Shown here: in pieces, positions 1-11,214 of the stretch
Layout of the letters: every line of letters begins with the position of its first letter
How positions within the stretch are numbered: the stretch's first letter is position 1
Assembly: GCA_964016885.1 (NCBI GenBank)
Contig: OZ024756.1
Span: 12,400,001-12,464,000, forward strand
From: Eledone cirrhosa
Lineage: Eukaryota
Direction: 5' to 3'
DNA length: 64,000 nucleotides
Program-made: the position numbers and the translations under genes
The notes under the pieces: model-generated
The model's input: the letters and a program-made list of their open reading frames with translations, nothing else
What the model was told of the DNA's origin: nothing
The model's database searches: none

Positions 1-19
1 ATATATATATATATATATA

Positions 20-1245
20 CGAGGTGTGTCAGAAAAGTTCCAGGACTGATGTCACAAAAGATTTATTTCAAACCCAAACTTCACACTAAGAGTTTTCTCA
101 TTCAAAGTAATCCCCCTGGAGTATGTAACTGTAATCTTAGCTCTCTGCAGCGATCAAACTTTTTTCTTCATAATTTTATATATAAATGGAGGCACATGGC
201 TTAGTGGTTAGGGCATTGTGCTTGCAATCGAAAGGTTGTGAGTTCAATTCTCAGACCGGGTGATGTGTTGTTTCCTTGAGCAAGACACTTTATTTACTCA
301 GCTGTAGAAATGAGATGATAGAGACTGGGGTCCATATCATTCCACTACAAAGTGGTCGTGAAGGCGCCATGGCAAAAAAGCACCCAGCACTCACTGTAAA
401 TGAGGTTGGTGTTAGGAAGGGCATCCAGCTGTAGAAATCAAGCCAGAATCAGTTCCCGTCCCACCCTTGCAAGCAGGGAAAAAGCGGGCGTAAAATGAAA
501 TGATGATGATGATGATGTCCTCTGTTTCAGGTCGTCAAGCAATGAGCACAGAGCAACGAACAAACTTGAAAACTCCATCAGAAGCACTGGGATTGCTGCA
601 GCAAGTGTATGGAGATGAGACGATGTCACGCTCACGTGTTTTTGAGTGGTGCAAGAGGTTTAAAGAAGGACGCGAGGACGTGGAAGATCACCCCAGGAGC
701 AGAAGGCCCTCAACAACCAGGACTGAGGTCAACGTTGAGCGCGTCAGGCAGATGGTGCGTAGCAATCGTCGGCTGACTGTTCAACTGATGGCAAATGAGC
801 TGGGCATGAATCGGGACAGCGTCTGGAAGATTCTCACTGAAGATTTGGACATGCGGAAAGTCTGCACGAAGATGGTGCCCAAACTGCTGAACGATGACCA
901 GAAGGGTCGACGCATGCAGGTGTGCCAGGACATCCTCGAGCGTCTTGAAACCGAACCAGAGTTGCTAGGGACAGTCATCACTGGTGATGAAAATGGATCT
1001 TCAAGTACGACCCGAAGGGGACCCGTTTTGAAGACGTGGACGACATCAAAAAGGCCGTGACGACGGAATTGCGGAGGATCCCGGAAGAATCCTTCCAGGA
1101 GTGCATGCAAGCGTGGCAGAAAAGGATGGAAAAGTGCATTAGACTCCAGGGGGATTACTTTGTAGGAGAAAACTCTTAGTGTGAAGTTTGGGTTTGAAAT
1201 AAATCTTTTGTGGCATCAGTCCTGGAACTTTTCTGACACACCTCG
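20..1245 (+). mobile_element. Internally deleted Tc1/mariner element with ~103-bp inverted termini and TA flanks
   Basis: TA|cgaggtgtgtcagaaaagttccaggactgat... at 20 is mirrored at 1143-1245 ...ctgacacacctcg|TA. ORF 500-1060 has mariner HTH motifs (VYGDETMSRSRVFEWCKRFKEG, KMVPKLL, ITGDE), then jumps to the C-terminus (..FQECMQAWQKRMEKCIRLQGDYF). Most of the catalytic domain is missing. Confidence 0.9.
188..516 (+). mobile_element. tRNA-derived CORE-type SINE (family A) inserted in the mariner; other copies at ~5455-5782(+), 5872-6090(-), 30312-30647(-), 31238-31527(-), 32097-32407(-), 40328-40672(+), 45022-45311(-)
   Basis: A box TGGCTTAGTGG and B box GAGTTCAATTC. Central ccttgagcaagacacttt...ctcagctgtagaaatgag resembles the MIR/CORE domain. 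The 3' end matches the RTE tail and ends in (GAT)n. Confidence 0.8.
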
Positions 1246-1502
1246 TATACACACACACACACACAATCATCATCATCATCATCATCATCATCGTTTAACG
1301 TCTATCTTCCACGATAGCATGGGTTATCATATATATTATAACCATTATTTTTACGTCCACTTCCCTTTTCCATGTTGGCATGGGTTGGATGGGATGTTTT
1401 TGGCAACATTTTACAGCTGGATACCCTTCCTGACACCAACCCTTTTAGTTGCTTCTTACAACAAAGGATATACAGACACACGCATATATATATATATATA
1501 TA

Positions 1503-2988
1503 TCATCATCATCATCATTTTACGTCCGCTTTTCCCTGCTTGCAAGGGTGGGACGGGTCTTATTCAGCACAGCATCTCTCCACTCGTCACGGTCCTTCGT
1601 CATCTCCACCGTGAGCTTCAATGATCTGAGGTCTGTTCTCACCACCTCCGCCCATGTTTTTCGTGGTCTACCTCTACCACGTCTTCCTTCAACTGGCATT
1701 TCCTGGCACTTCTTCACCCATCGGTCATCCTCCATGCGCATCACATGTCCATACCACCTCAGTCTCCTCTCCCGTACACTACATTCTATCCCTCTCAGAC
1801 ACAGTTTCTCTCTCAACACATTTATGCTGGGTCGTTCACGCACATTTATACTGCACATCCAACGGAGCATGCTTGCCTCATTTCTCTCCAGCCGTCGCAT
1901 ATCCTCTGCAGTTGCTGCCCATGTCTCACTACCATGCAGCATCGCGCTCCTCACACAGGCATCGTACAACCGGCCTTTCGTACGCAGGGAGAAACCCTTC
2001 TTCGTCAACAGAGGAAGCAGCTCCCTAAACTTCTTCCAACCCGTCCTTATTCTAGATACTATGGCCTCGGAACACCCTCCTCCCATGCTAATCTGATCTC
2101 CTAGATACCGGAAGCTATCCACCACTTCTATAGTGCCCTCCTGCATTTGAAAAATGTGTCTATCAATGCGACTTCTACTGTCTAATTTCCCTGTACATCT
2201 ACTGCATACATATTTCTCCCTACCTGTTAGTTTGCCTGCTATCCCGCTACATCTCGTGTACCCAGGATCTGCATTGTGTGCATTTTATAGAATTTATGCC
2301 AGTTCCTTTTCTGCATATCGAACATGGCCATTTTCCTGATGGAATCAGGGTTTTGTCCTCTTTTCTACTCATCAACACTTTTGTCTTAGCTAGGTTCACT
2401 CTCAGTCCTCTTGCTTCCAACTGCTGTTTCCATAGCCAGAATTTATTCTCTAGCTCCTCTACTGATTCTGCTATAAGAATCAGATCGTCAGCATAGAGAA
2501 GTTCCCATGGACAGCCAGTCTTAAACTCCTCTGTTATGGCTTGGAGGATTATAATGAACAAGAGCGGGATGAGGACCGAACCCTGATGTACTCCTACTTG
2601 TATCTGGAATTCCTCACTAAACTCCATTCCTACCCTGACTTTACTGAGAGAACCTCTGTACAAAGTTTGCACTGTCCTCACAAGCCATTCCTCAACACCT
2701 AGCTTCCTTAGGGACCACCACATGACAGATCGGGGTACCCTATCAAAGGCCTTCTCTAGGTCAACAAAGGCTAAGTATAGTGGCTTATTTTTCTCTAAGA
2801 ACCTCTCTTGCAATTGTCTCACCAAGAAGAGGGCATCTGTTGTACTCTTCCCAGGCACAAAACCAAACTGCATCTCATCTAGTTTGACCCTTTCTCTAAT
2901 TAGTTGTGCTAATATCCTTTCTGCCATTTTCATAACCTGATCTATCAGTTTTATACCCCTATAATTGCTCCTCTCCAGAGCATCCCCT

Positions 2989-2990
<2 letters not shown>
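1503..2990 (-). mobile_element. 5'-truncated RTE-clade LINE (subfamily A, short tail), frameshifted; related fragment at 26714-27517
   Basis: ORFs 2247-2933 (QFGF, FVDLEKAFDRV, GVHQGS, YADD) and 1520-2146 (RTE C-terminus RRLRWYGHVMR, RGRGRPRKTW). The (GAT)n tail follows the stop codon directly. Confidence 0.92.
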
Positions 2991-3014
<24 letters not shown>

Positions 3015-3020
<6 letters not shown>

Positions 3021-5405
3021 ATGTTTGTTGCATTCAAGAGACTAGGTGGAGAGAGGGTGTCTTCCAGATTCATCGTGGGTAAAAAACGATGCTATAAACT
3101 TTTCTGGGTGGGAAACGACAACGGACTGGGTGGAGTAGGAATTATGTTAGCTGAAAAATGGGTAGATAAGGTAATCGACTCAAATAGAGTAAATGACAGA
3201 ATAATTAAAATAAGGCTAGTTCTAAATAAAACTACTGTGACAATAATATCCGCTTATGCACCCCAATCTGGTCTACCTGCCGTTATAAAGGACAGGTTCT
3301 ATGAGACGCTAAAGGACAGGTTCTATGAGACACTAAAGGACAGGTTTTATGAGACGCTAAAGGACAGGTTCTATGAGATGCACACTACCTCCCAAATAAC
3401 CGACTAAACGGTCATGTTGGACAACATAGTGTTGGCTATGATGGAATCCATGGAGGCTATGGGGTTGGAAATAGAAATGAGGAAGGCTTCAGAATCCTGG
3501 AATTCTGTGACGCCAATAACCTATCTGTAACACAAACTTCAAAAAACGTGAAAACCACTTGATCACCTATAGATCAGGGGAACACGCCAGCCAGATAGAT
3601 TATATCCTTACTAGAAGACGGGACAAAGTAAACACTAAATCCCTCCCCCGTGAAGAATGCCACTCCCAACATAGCCTAGTAGTTAGTGACCTCACAATCA
3701 GAAATAGACGTACTCAACGACAGAGGAGAAGAATATGGAAGTTGAAGGACCCTATAGCCAGTGACAAATTTAAAAGCTTATTACTTGATGCCTTTGACAC
3801 TAAGGAAGAGCAATTAGAGACGTGCGATATAGAAGAACAGTGGCAATTCTTGAAAGTGAACCTGCTGAAAGCAACAGATGAAATCTGTGGTTGGAGCAGA
3901 CCTATTGGCAGGAGGCGAGTAATTTGGTGGTGGAACAGTAAGGTAGAAGAGACAATCAAGGCCAAAAAGCAGGCTTGGAAAGTATGGCAGGATGGGGGAA
4001 GTAGAGAGCACTATCAAGTGGCCAGGAGAAAAGCTAGGAGACAAGTGTACCTTGCAAAAAGGGAAGCAGAGGATAGAAAGTTTAAGCATGTTCTACAATG
4101 TGAGGACCAAAAACGTGAGGTGTTCAGGATTGCTAGACAATGTGTCAAGGAAAACCGTGATATTGTTGGGGAGAAGTGTGTCCGTAATGATAACGGTGTA
4201 CCCTCAGGGAAATGGCCATGCTCAGTGTGTAGGAAAGGAGTAGGCAGAAATTCAATTTTATGTCCCAAATGCAAAGTATGGGTGCATAAAAGATGTAGTG
4301 GGGTCACAGGTAAACTATCTAAGAATGTAGACTTTGTATGTGGCCGATGCTCAGGTGCAATAGGTAGCAAGTGTCCACGGAATACTAGCCCCTTCTATTG
4401 CCCAGATGGTTCTACAGAAATAGGAGACACTTTCCGTTACCTGGGTGACGAAATCAGCAGTGGTGGAAGTTGTTCTGAAATTACAGTAGCCAGAGTCAGA
4501 ACGGGATGGAAAAAGTTCAGAGAGCTTATACCGCTGTTGGCCACAAAAGGTTTCTCTCTAAAAATGAAAGGCAGATTGTATACGAACAGCAATGCTACAT
4601 GGCAGTGAGACCTGGGCATTGTGTGCAGAGGTCCTGTGCAGACTGGAAAGGAACGAAGCATGCATGCTCCATTGGTTGTGTAATAGTAATATACGCGAAT
4701 GGCAAAACATAAATGAACTAAGTGAGAAATTAGGAATAAGAGGGATCAGATGTTGTTTACTTGAGAGAAGGCTACGTTGGTATGGTCACGAGATGTGCAT
4801 GAAAGATGACAGCTGTATAAAAAAGTGCAGGGCGATCAAAATTGATGGAAGTTACAGAGTAGGTAGACCCAAAAAAACCTGGGATGATTTGATCAATTCC
4901 AACCTTACACACTTGCACCTCTCCAAGACAATGTCACTGGACCGAGATCTTTGGCGCTACACAGTAATACAGAAGACCTGCCTTGCCTATGTACAAAGCG
5001 AAACCTATAGTCAGTAGGCACCTCTTAACCAAATATACACCCCAATCCACTACCCCTACCCTATCCTCCCACTAACACCACCCTCTCTCTATAAAGTTGG
5101 TACCACAACATCCAGTCCAAATAAATGAGATAAATGAGATCGAGTTCGTGTAGGTGTCACGAGAAAAAAAAAACACACAGTCCACGCTGTAATGTGGTCG
5201 TGTAGGTAACACGGTAAAAAGTTCCCAGTTCCACACTGTAAATGTGGTTGGTGTTAGGAAGGGCATCCAGCCGTAGAAAACCTGCCAGATAGTCCTATAT
5301 GAGCGAGACACGGTCACCCGACCAACCTTGCCTCAAGTGGGACAACTCCCGTCTAACCCATGCTAGTGTGGAAAATGGACGTTAAACGAAGATGATGATG
5401 ATGAT
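3015..5405 (+). mobile_element. RTE-clade LINE (subfamily B) with APE endonuclease remnant and a deleted RT core
   Basis: APE motifs (GVGI, ISAYAPQ, SQIDYIL, SQHSLV) are followed by a jump RNDNGV->PSGKWPC, the C-terminal RTE domain, a long 3'UTR and a (GAT)n tail. Confidence 0.9.
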
Positions 5406-5815
5406 ATATACATATATATATATGTGTATATATATATATATATGTATATATCATCTGGCTTAGTGGTTAGAGCATTGAACTTGCAATCGAAAGGTTGTGA
5501 GTTCAATTCTCAGACCGGGTGATGTGTTGTTTCCTTGAGCAAGACACTTTATTTCACATTGCTCCAGTTTACTCAGCTGTAGAAATGAGATGATAGGGAT
5601 TGGGGTCCCTATCATTCCACTGCAAAGTGGTTGTGGAGGTGCCACGGCAAAAAAGCACCCACCACTCACTGTAAATGAGGTTGGTGTTAGGAAGGGCATC
5701 CAGCTGTAGAAATCAAGCCAGAATCAGTTCCCGCCCTACCCTTGCAAGCAGGGAAAAGTGGACGTAAAATGATGATGATGATATATATATATATATATAT
5801 ATAATCATATATATA

Positions 5816-5851
<36 letters not shown>

Positions 5852-6090
5852 ATAATCATATATATATATAATCATCATCATCATTTTACGTCCGCTTTTC
5901 CCTTCTTGCAAGGGTGGGACGGGAACTGATTCTGGCTTGATTTCTACAGCTGGATGCCCTTCCTAACACCAACCTCATTTACAGTGAGTGCTGGGTGCTT
6001 TTTTGCCGTGGCACCTCCACGACCACTTTGCAGTGGAATGATAGGGACCCCAGTCCTATCATCTCATTTCTACAACTGAGTAAACTAGAA

Positions 6091-7130
6091 CAAAAGATCT
6101 CAGTCCAGTGACATTGTCTTAGAGAGGTGCAAGTGTGTAAGGTCGGAATTTATCAAATCGTCCCAGGTTTTCTGGGTCTACCTACTCTGTAACTTCCATC
6201 AATTTTGATCGCCCTGCACTTTTTTATACAGCTGTCATCTTTCATGCGCATCACGTGACCATACCAACGTAGCCTTCTCTCAAGTAAACAGCACCTGATC
6301 CCTCTTATTCCTAATTTCTCACTTAGTTCGTTTATGTTTTGCCATTCGCGTATATTACTATTACACAACCAATGGAGCATGCATGCTTCGTTCCTTTCCA
6401 GTCTGCGCAGGTCCTCTGCACACAATGCCCAGGTCTCACTGCCATGTATGTAACATTGCTGTTCGTATACAGACATCATACAATCTGCCTTTCATTTTTA
6501 GAGAGAAATCTTTTGTGGCCAACAGCGGTATAAGCTCTTTGAACTTTTTCCATCCCGTTCTGACTCTGGCTACTGTACTTTCAGAACACCCTCCTCCACT
6601 GCTGATTTTGTCACCCAAGTAACGGATAATGTCCACTATTTCTATAGAACTATCTGGGCAATAGAAGCAGCTAGTATTCTGTGGGCACTTGCTACTTATT
6701 GCACCTGAGCATCGGCCACATATAAAATCTACGTTCTTAGATAGCTTACCTGTGATCCCACTACATCTTTTATGTACCCATAGTTTGGGGACATAAAATG
6801 TACCCATTTGGGACATAAAATGGAATTTCTACCTACTCCTTTCCTACACACTGAGCATGGCCATTTCCCAGAGGGTACCTGTGCCTTATTTTCCTTTCTA
6901 CATACTAGAACTTTAGTCTTAGACAAGTTAACTTTAAGGCCTTTTGATTCTAGGCCATGCTTCCATATTTGGAATTTCTTCTCTAGTTCAGCCATAGATT
7001 CAGCTATGACAGTTAGATCATCTGCATATAGTAGTTCCTATGGGCAGCCAGTCTTAAACTCATCTGTTATAGCCTGAAGTGCAATAATAAATAGGAGGGG
7101 GCTAAGGACAGAGCCTTGATGAACACCAAC
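6091..7130 (-). mobile_element. RTE LINE fragment (RT end, PHD-type finger, C-terminus), degraded
   Basis: ORFs 6729-6995, 6436-6816 and 6153-6479 match the other RTE copies. Confidence 0.88.
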
Positions 7131-7150
7131 AAGCTAACCTCGGCAGGATT

Positions 7151-7185
<35 letters not shown>

Positions 7186-7329
7186 CTAAGAGCAATACAC
7201 ACTTCCTCCAAGGCAGCAAGATCCTCTGTCTGTAACTATCTAGAATCCAGTGTTTTGTTACAATTCTACCTTGTCCTTTCACCAAGTTGTACTTGGGTGT
7301 GTTAGCAAAGGCACAGCTGCAAAGAAGAA

Positions 7330-7490
7330 TTAAAGTTATGTAGGATTATATATAATTGCACAGCTACAAAGGTAAAGTTATCAATGATTATATATAAATG
7401 TAGAGCTACAAAGGTAAAGTTATGTAGGCTTATATATAAATGTAGAGCTACAAAGGTAAAGTTATGTAGGCTTATATATAAATGTATTGT
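7330..7490. repeat. Short 42-bp tandem repeat (~4 copies)
   Basis: agctacaaaggtaaagtta recurs at 7362, 7404 and 7446. Confidence 0.75.
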
Positions 7491-7972
7491 TGTTGATTTC
7501 TGTAGCTTTATGGTTAAGGTATTAGATTTGTGATCAGAACTTTGTGAGTTTGGTTTCTGGACCATTGTGTTCTTGAGCAAGATGCTTCATTTCAACTTGC
7601 TTTTTATGATAGGGCTGGGACCCATATCATTAAAACATCAGAGAAACTTCCTATGAGATGCAACACTACTTGAGGCGAGCTACACCTGCATATGTGTGAG
7701 CTGTAACAACAACACTATAGGACTAGGCCCCCATCATTAAAATAACTGAGAAACCTCCTATGAGATACAACCTCATAGGAGGTCAACTAAAACTACATAG
7801 ATATGAGTTGTAACTTGATAGGACAAGGCCCTCTATCATTAAAACACCTTAGAAACTTCATAGGAGGTCAGCTAAACCTGTCAGCTATATAAGCTATAAA
7901 TTTAGCTATATAAGCTATAATTTCATTTCATTTTCATGCTAAAAAACCAAATTAAAAATAAAAACCACTTAC

Positions 7973-8132
7973 ACCAGGTGAGTGCAGTCGCTGCTCCAGT
8001 CTGGGCGGTAGTTTGCCCCCATTTCCTTGGCTTTGTCTCGTAAATCAGCTCGGAATGGGTTTTGAAAACCACTGAGTACAAACACCACTGCTTCCATGAT
8101 TTTGTTCAAAGATTTCTTAGATTTGGACACAT
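7973..8132 (-). CDS. XRCC1: XRCC1 coding exon 9 (start of BRCT1), 160 nt, phase 1 to phase 2
   Basis: ttcttcag|AT GTG...CAC CTG GT|gtaagt. Encodes ...IMEAVVFVLSGFQNPFRADLRDKAKEMGANYRPDWSSDCTHL, the XRCC1 BRCT1 signature (human VVVVLSGFQNPFRSELRDKALELGAKYRPDW). Later exons were not found in 1-7972. Confidence 0.96.
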
Positions 8133-8174
8133 CTGAAGAATAACATGACACAGAAGATGGCATGGGAGAGAGAT

Positions 8175-10266
8175 ATTCAGGATCTATTAGGGAGTATACA
8201 TATTTTTAACCCTTTTATTCAGGATCTATTAGGGAGTATACATATTTTTAACCCTTTTATTCAGGATCTGTTAGAGAGTATACATATTTTAACCCTTTTA
8301 TGCAGGATCTATTAGGGAGTATACATATTTTTAACCATTTTATTCAGGATCTATTAGGGAGTATACATATTTTTAACCCTTTTATTCAGGATCTATTAGG
8401 GAGTATACATATTTTTAACCCTTTTATTCAGGATCTATTAGGGAGTATACATATTTTTAACCCTTTTATTCAGGATCTGTTAGGGAGTATACATATTTTT
8501 AACCCTTTTATTCAGGATCTATTAGGGAGTATACATATTTTTAACCCTTTTATTCAGGATCTGTTAGAGAGTATACATATTTTAACCCTTTTATGCAGGA
8601 TCTATTAGGGAGTATACATATTTTTAACCATTTTATTCAGGATCTATTAGGGAGTATACATATTTTTAACCCTTTTATTCAGGATCTATTAGGGAGTATA
8701 CATATTTTTAACCCTTTTATTCAGGATCTGTTAGGGAGTATACATATTTTTAACCCTTTTATTCAGGATCTATTAGGGAGTATACATATTTTTAACCCTT
8801 TTATTCAGGATCTGTTAGAGAGTATACATATTTTAACCCTTTTATGCAGGATCTATTAGGGAGTATACATATTTTTAACCATTTTATTCAGGATCTATTA
8901 GGGAGTATACATATTTTTAACCCTTTTATTCAGGATCTATTAGGGAGTATACATATTTTTAACCCTTTTATTCAGGATCTATTAGGGAGTATACATATTT
9001 TTAACCCTTTTATTCAGGATCTGTTAGGGAGTATACATATTTTTAACCCTTTTATTCAGGATCTATTAGGGAGTATACATATTTTTAACCCTTTTATTCA
9101 GGATCTATTAGGGAGTATACATATTTTTAACCCTTTTATTCAGGATCTATTAGGGAGTATACATATTTTTAACCCTTTTATTCAGGATCTATTAGGGAGT
9201 ATACATATTTTTAACCCTTTTATTCAGGATCTGTTAGAGAGTATACATATTTCTAACCCTTTTATTCAGGATCTATTAGGGAGTATACATATTTTTAACC
9301 CTTTTATTCAGGATCTATTAGGGAGTATACATATTTTTAACCCTTTCATTCAGGATCTATTAGGGAGTATACATATTTTTAACCCTTTTATTCAGGATCT
9401 GTTAGGGAGTATACATATTTTTAACCCTTTTATTCAGGATCTATTAGGGAGTATACATTTTTTAACCCTTTTATTTAGGATCTGTTAGGGAGTATACATA
9501 TTTTTAACCCTTTTATTCAGGATCTATTAGGGAGTATACATATTTTTAACCCTTTTATTCAGGATCTATTAGGGAGTATACATTTTTTAACCCTTTTATT
9601 TAGGATCTGTTAGGGAGTATACATATTTTTAACCCTTTTATTCAGGATCTATTAGGGAGTATACATATTTTTAACCCTTTTATTCAGGATCTATTAGGGA
9701 GTATACATATTTTTAACCCTTTTATTCAGGATCTGTTAGGGAGTATACATATTTTTAACCCTTTTATTCAGGATCTATTAGGGAGTATACATATTTTTAA
9801 CCCTTTTATTCAGGATCTATTAGGGAGTATACATTTTTTAACCCTTTTATTTAGGATCTGTTAGGGAGTATACATATTTTTAACCCTTTTATTCAGGATC
9901 TATTAGGGAGTATACATATTTTTAACCCTTTTATTCAGGATCTATTAGGGAGTATACATATTTTTAACCCTTTTATTCAGGATCTGTTAGGGAGTATACA
10001 TATTTTTAACCCTTTTATTCAGGATCTATTAGGGAGTATACATATTTTTAACCCTTTTATTCAGGATCTATTAGGGAGTATACATTTTTTAACCCTTTTA
10101 TTTAGGATCTGTTAGGGAGTATACATATTTTTAACCCTTTTATTCAGGATCTATTAGGGAGTATACATATTTTTAACCCTTTTATTCAGGATCTATTAGG
10201 GAGTATACATATTTTTAACCCTTTCATTCAGGATCTATTAGGGAGTATACATATTTTTAACCCTTT
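8175..10266. repeat. 42-bp AT-rich tandem array (~50 copies) filling XRCC1 intron 8
   Basis: Unit attcaggatctattagggagtatacatatttttaaccctttt; shows as a 14-aa periodicity in the ORF track. Confidence 0.97.
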
Positions 10267-10660
10267 AATATCAAAGATGATTGATCTTAGGGTTTTTAAG
10301 ATCAATGATATCAACTCTTTGGTTCATTCACACCAAATGTTTTTTAGTCTTTGGGAGGGTGGGTTACTGTTTAATAAACGTGAGAGTAGCTGTGACCTTT
10401 CAAGGTCACCAAGATTGGGGAGAAAGAGAGAGGGGGAGAGAAAGGAAAGCATTGACTCGGAGAGAGAGACTTATTTTTTCATAGTAAAGCCTTTACTTCA
10501 CATAATTATCTCATATAATATTGAATCTATGAGATTTCGATATTTGTTTTAAGAACAATACCCTAACATCAGTATAAGCGGCCGGTTACAGCCGGTTTAA
10601 ACAGAAAGAAATTAGAGAATTCTGACCGGATATGACTGGTTTAAATGAAACAGATCTCAC

Positions 10661-11009
10661 CTTTAGGCGTAGTAGTTTCTGATTTTGGTGTTGATGAGCT
10701 GTGGTGGTGGTGGTGGTGGTGATGGTGGTGGTGGTTATTTTTGTGGCTACTACTACTACTAATATTACTACTATTACTGCTGCTGCGAGAAGCAGATTTC
10801 GCATCCTCTCTCGAACTCGAATAAGACTTCTTGTCTTTCTTTACAGGGTCCGTAGCGTGTTTGTGTTTCTTTGACTCCTCCCTCTGATGGGTTGGTCTTT
10901 CGTGGAATTGGCTGTGGCTACGGTCATCTCCTCCATTTTTTGACTTGCTCCTCTTCACCTCAGACACGCCTTCGTCATCGCTGACATCATGCTTGCGTTT
11001 CTTTTTCAC
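10661..11009 (-). CDS. XRCC1: XRCC1 coding exon 8 (basic NLS-like stretch, Ser/His-rich linker), 349 nt
   Basis: tttttttag|GTG AAA AAG AAA CGC AAG...CCT AAA G|gtgaga. Phases fit exon 7 (0) and exon 9 (1). KKKRK lies where XRCC1 has its NLS. Confidence 0.85.
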
Positions 11010-11214
11010 CTAAAAAAATCATATCTGATCAGAATCAAACAACAAAAAGAGCAGAAGACGTAGAAAATAATGGAATTGTCATGGACCGCGGCCAGGCTGG
11101 AGCATTGCCTTGAAGATTTTAGTTGACCACACCCGATCCCATTATTTTCAAATCTAGTACTTATTTTATCAACTTCGTTGTTGTTCTGCTAGATCAGAGA
11201 TTCTCAAACATTTG

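Noticed and set aside
188-262. tRNA gene
   Set aside because: The A/B boxes belong to a multicopy SINE head with no proper acceptor stem, and the sequence continues into the SINE body.
500-1060. Host SETMAR/GVQW-type gene or active transposase
   Set aside because: It lies between TIRs, lacks most of the catalytic domain and is frameshifted; the upstream Met run comes from a SINE tail.
8300-9488. ORFs with IQDLLGSIHIFNPF repeats
   Set aside because: These are translations of the 42-bp satellite, antisense within an XRCC1 intron.
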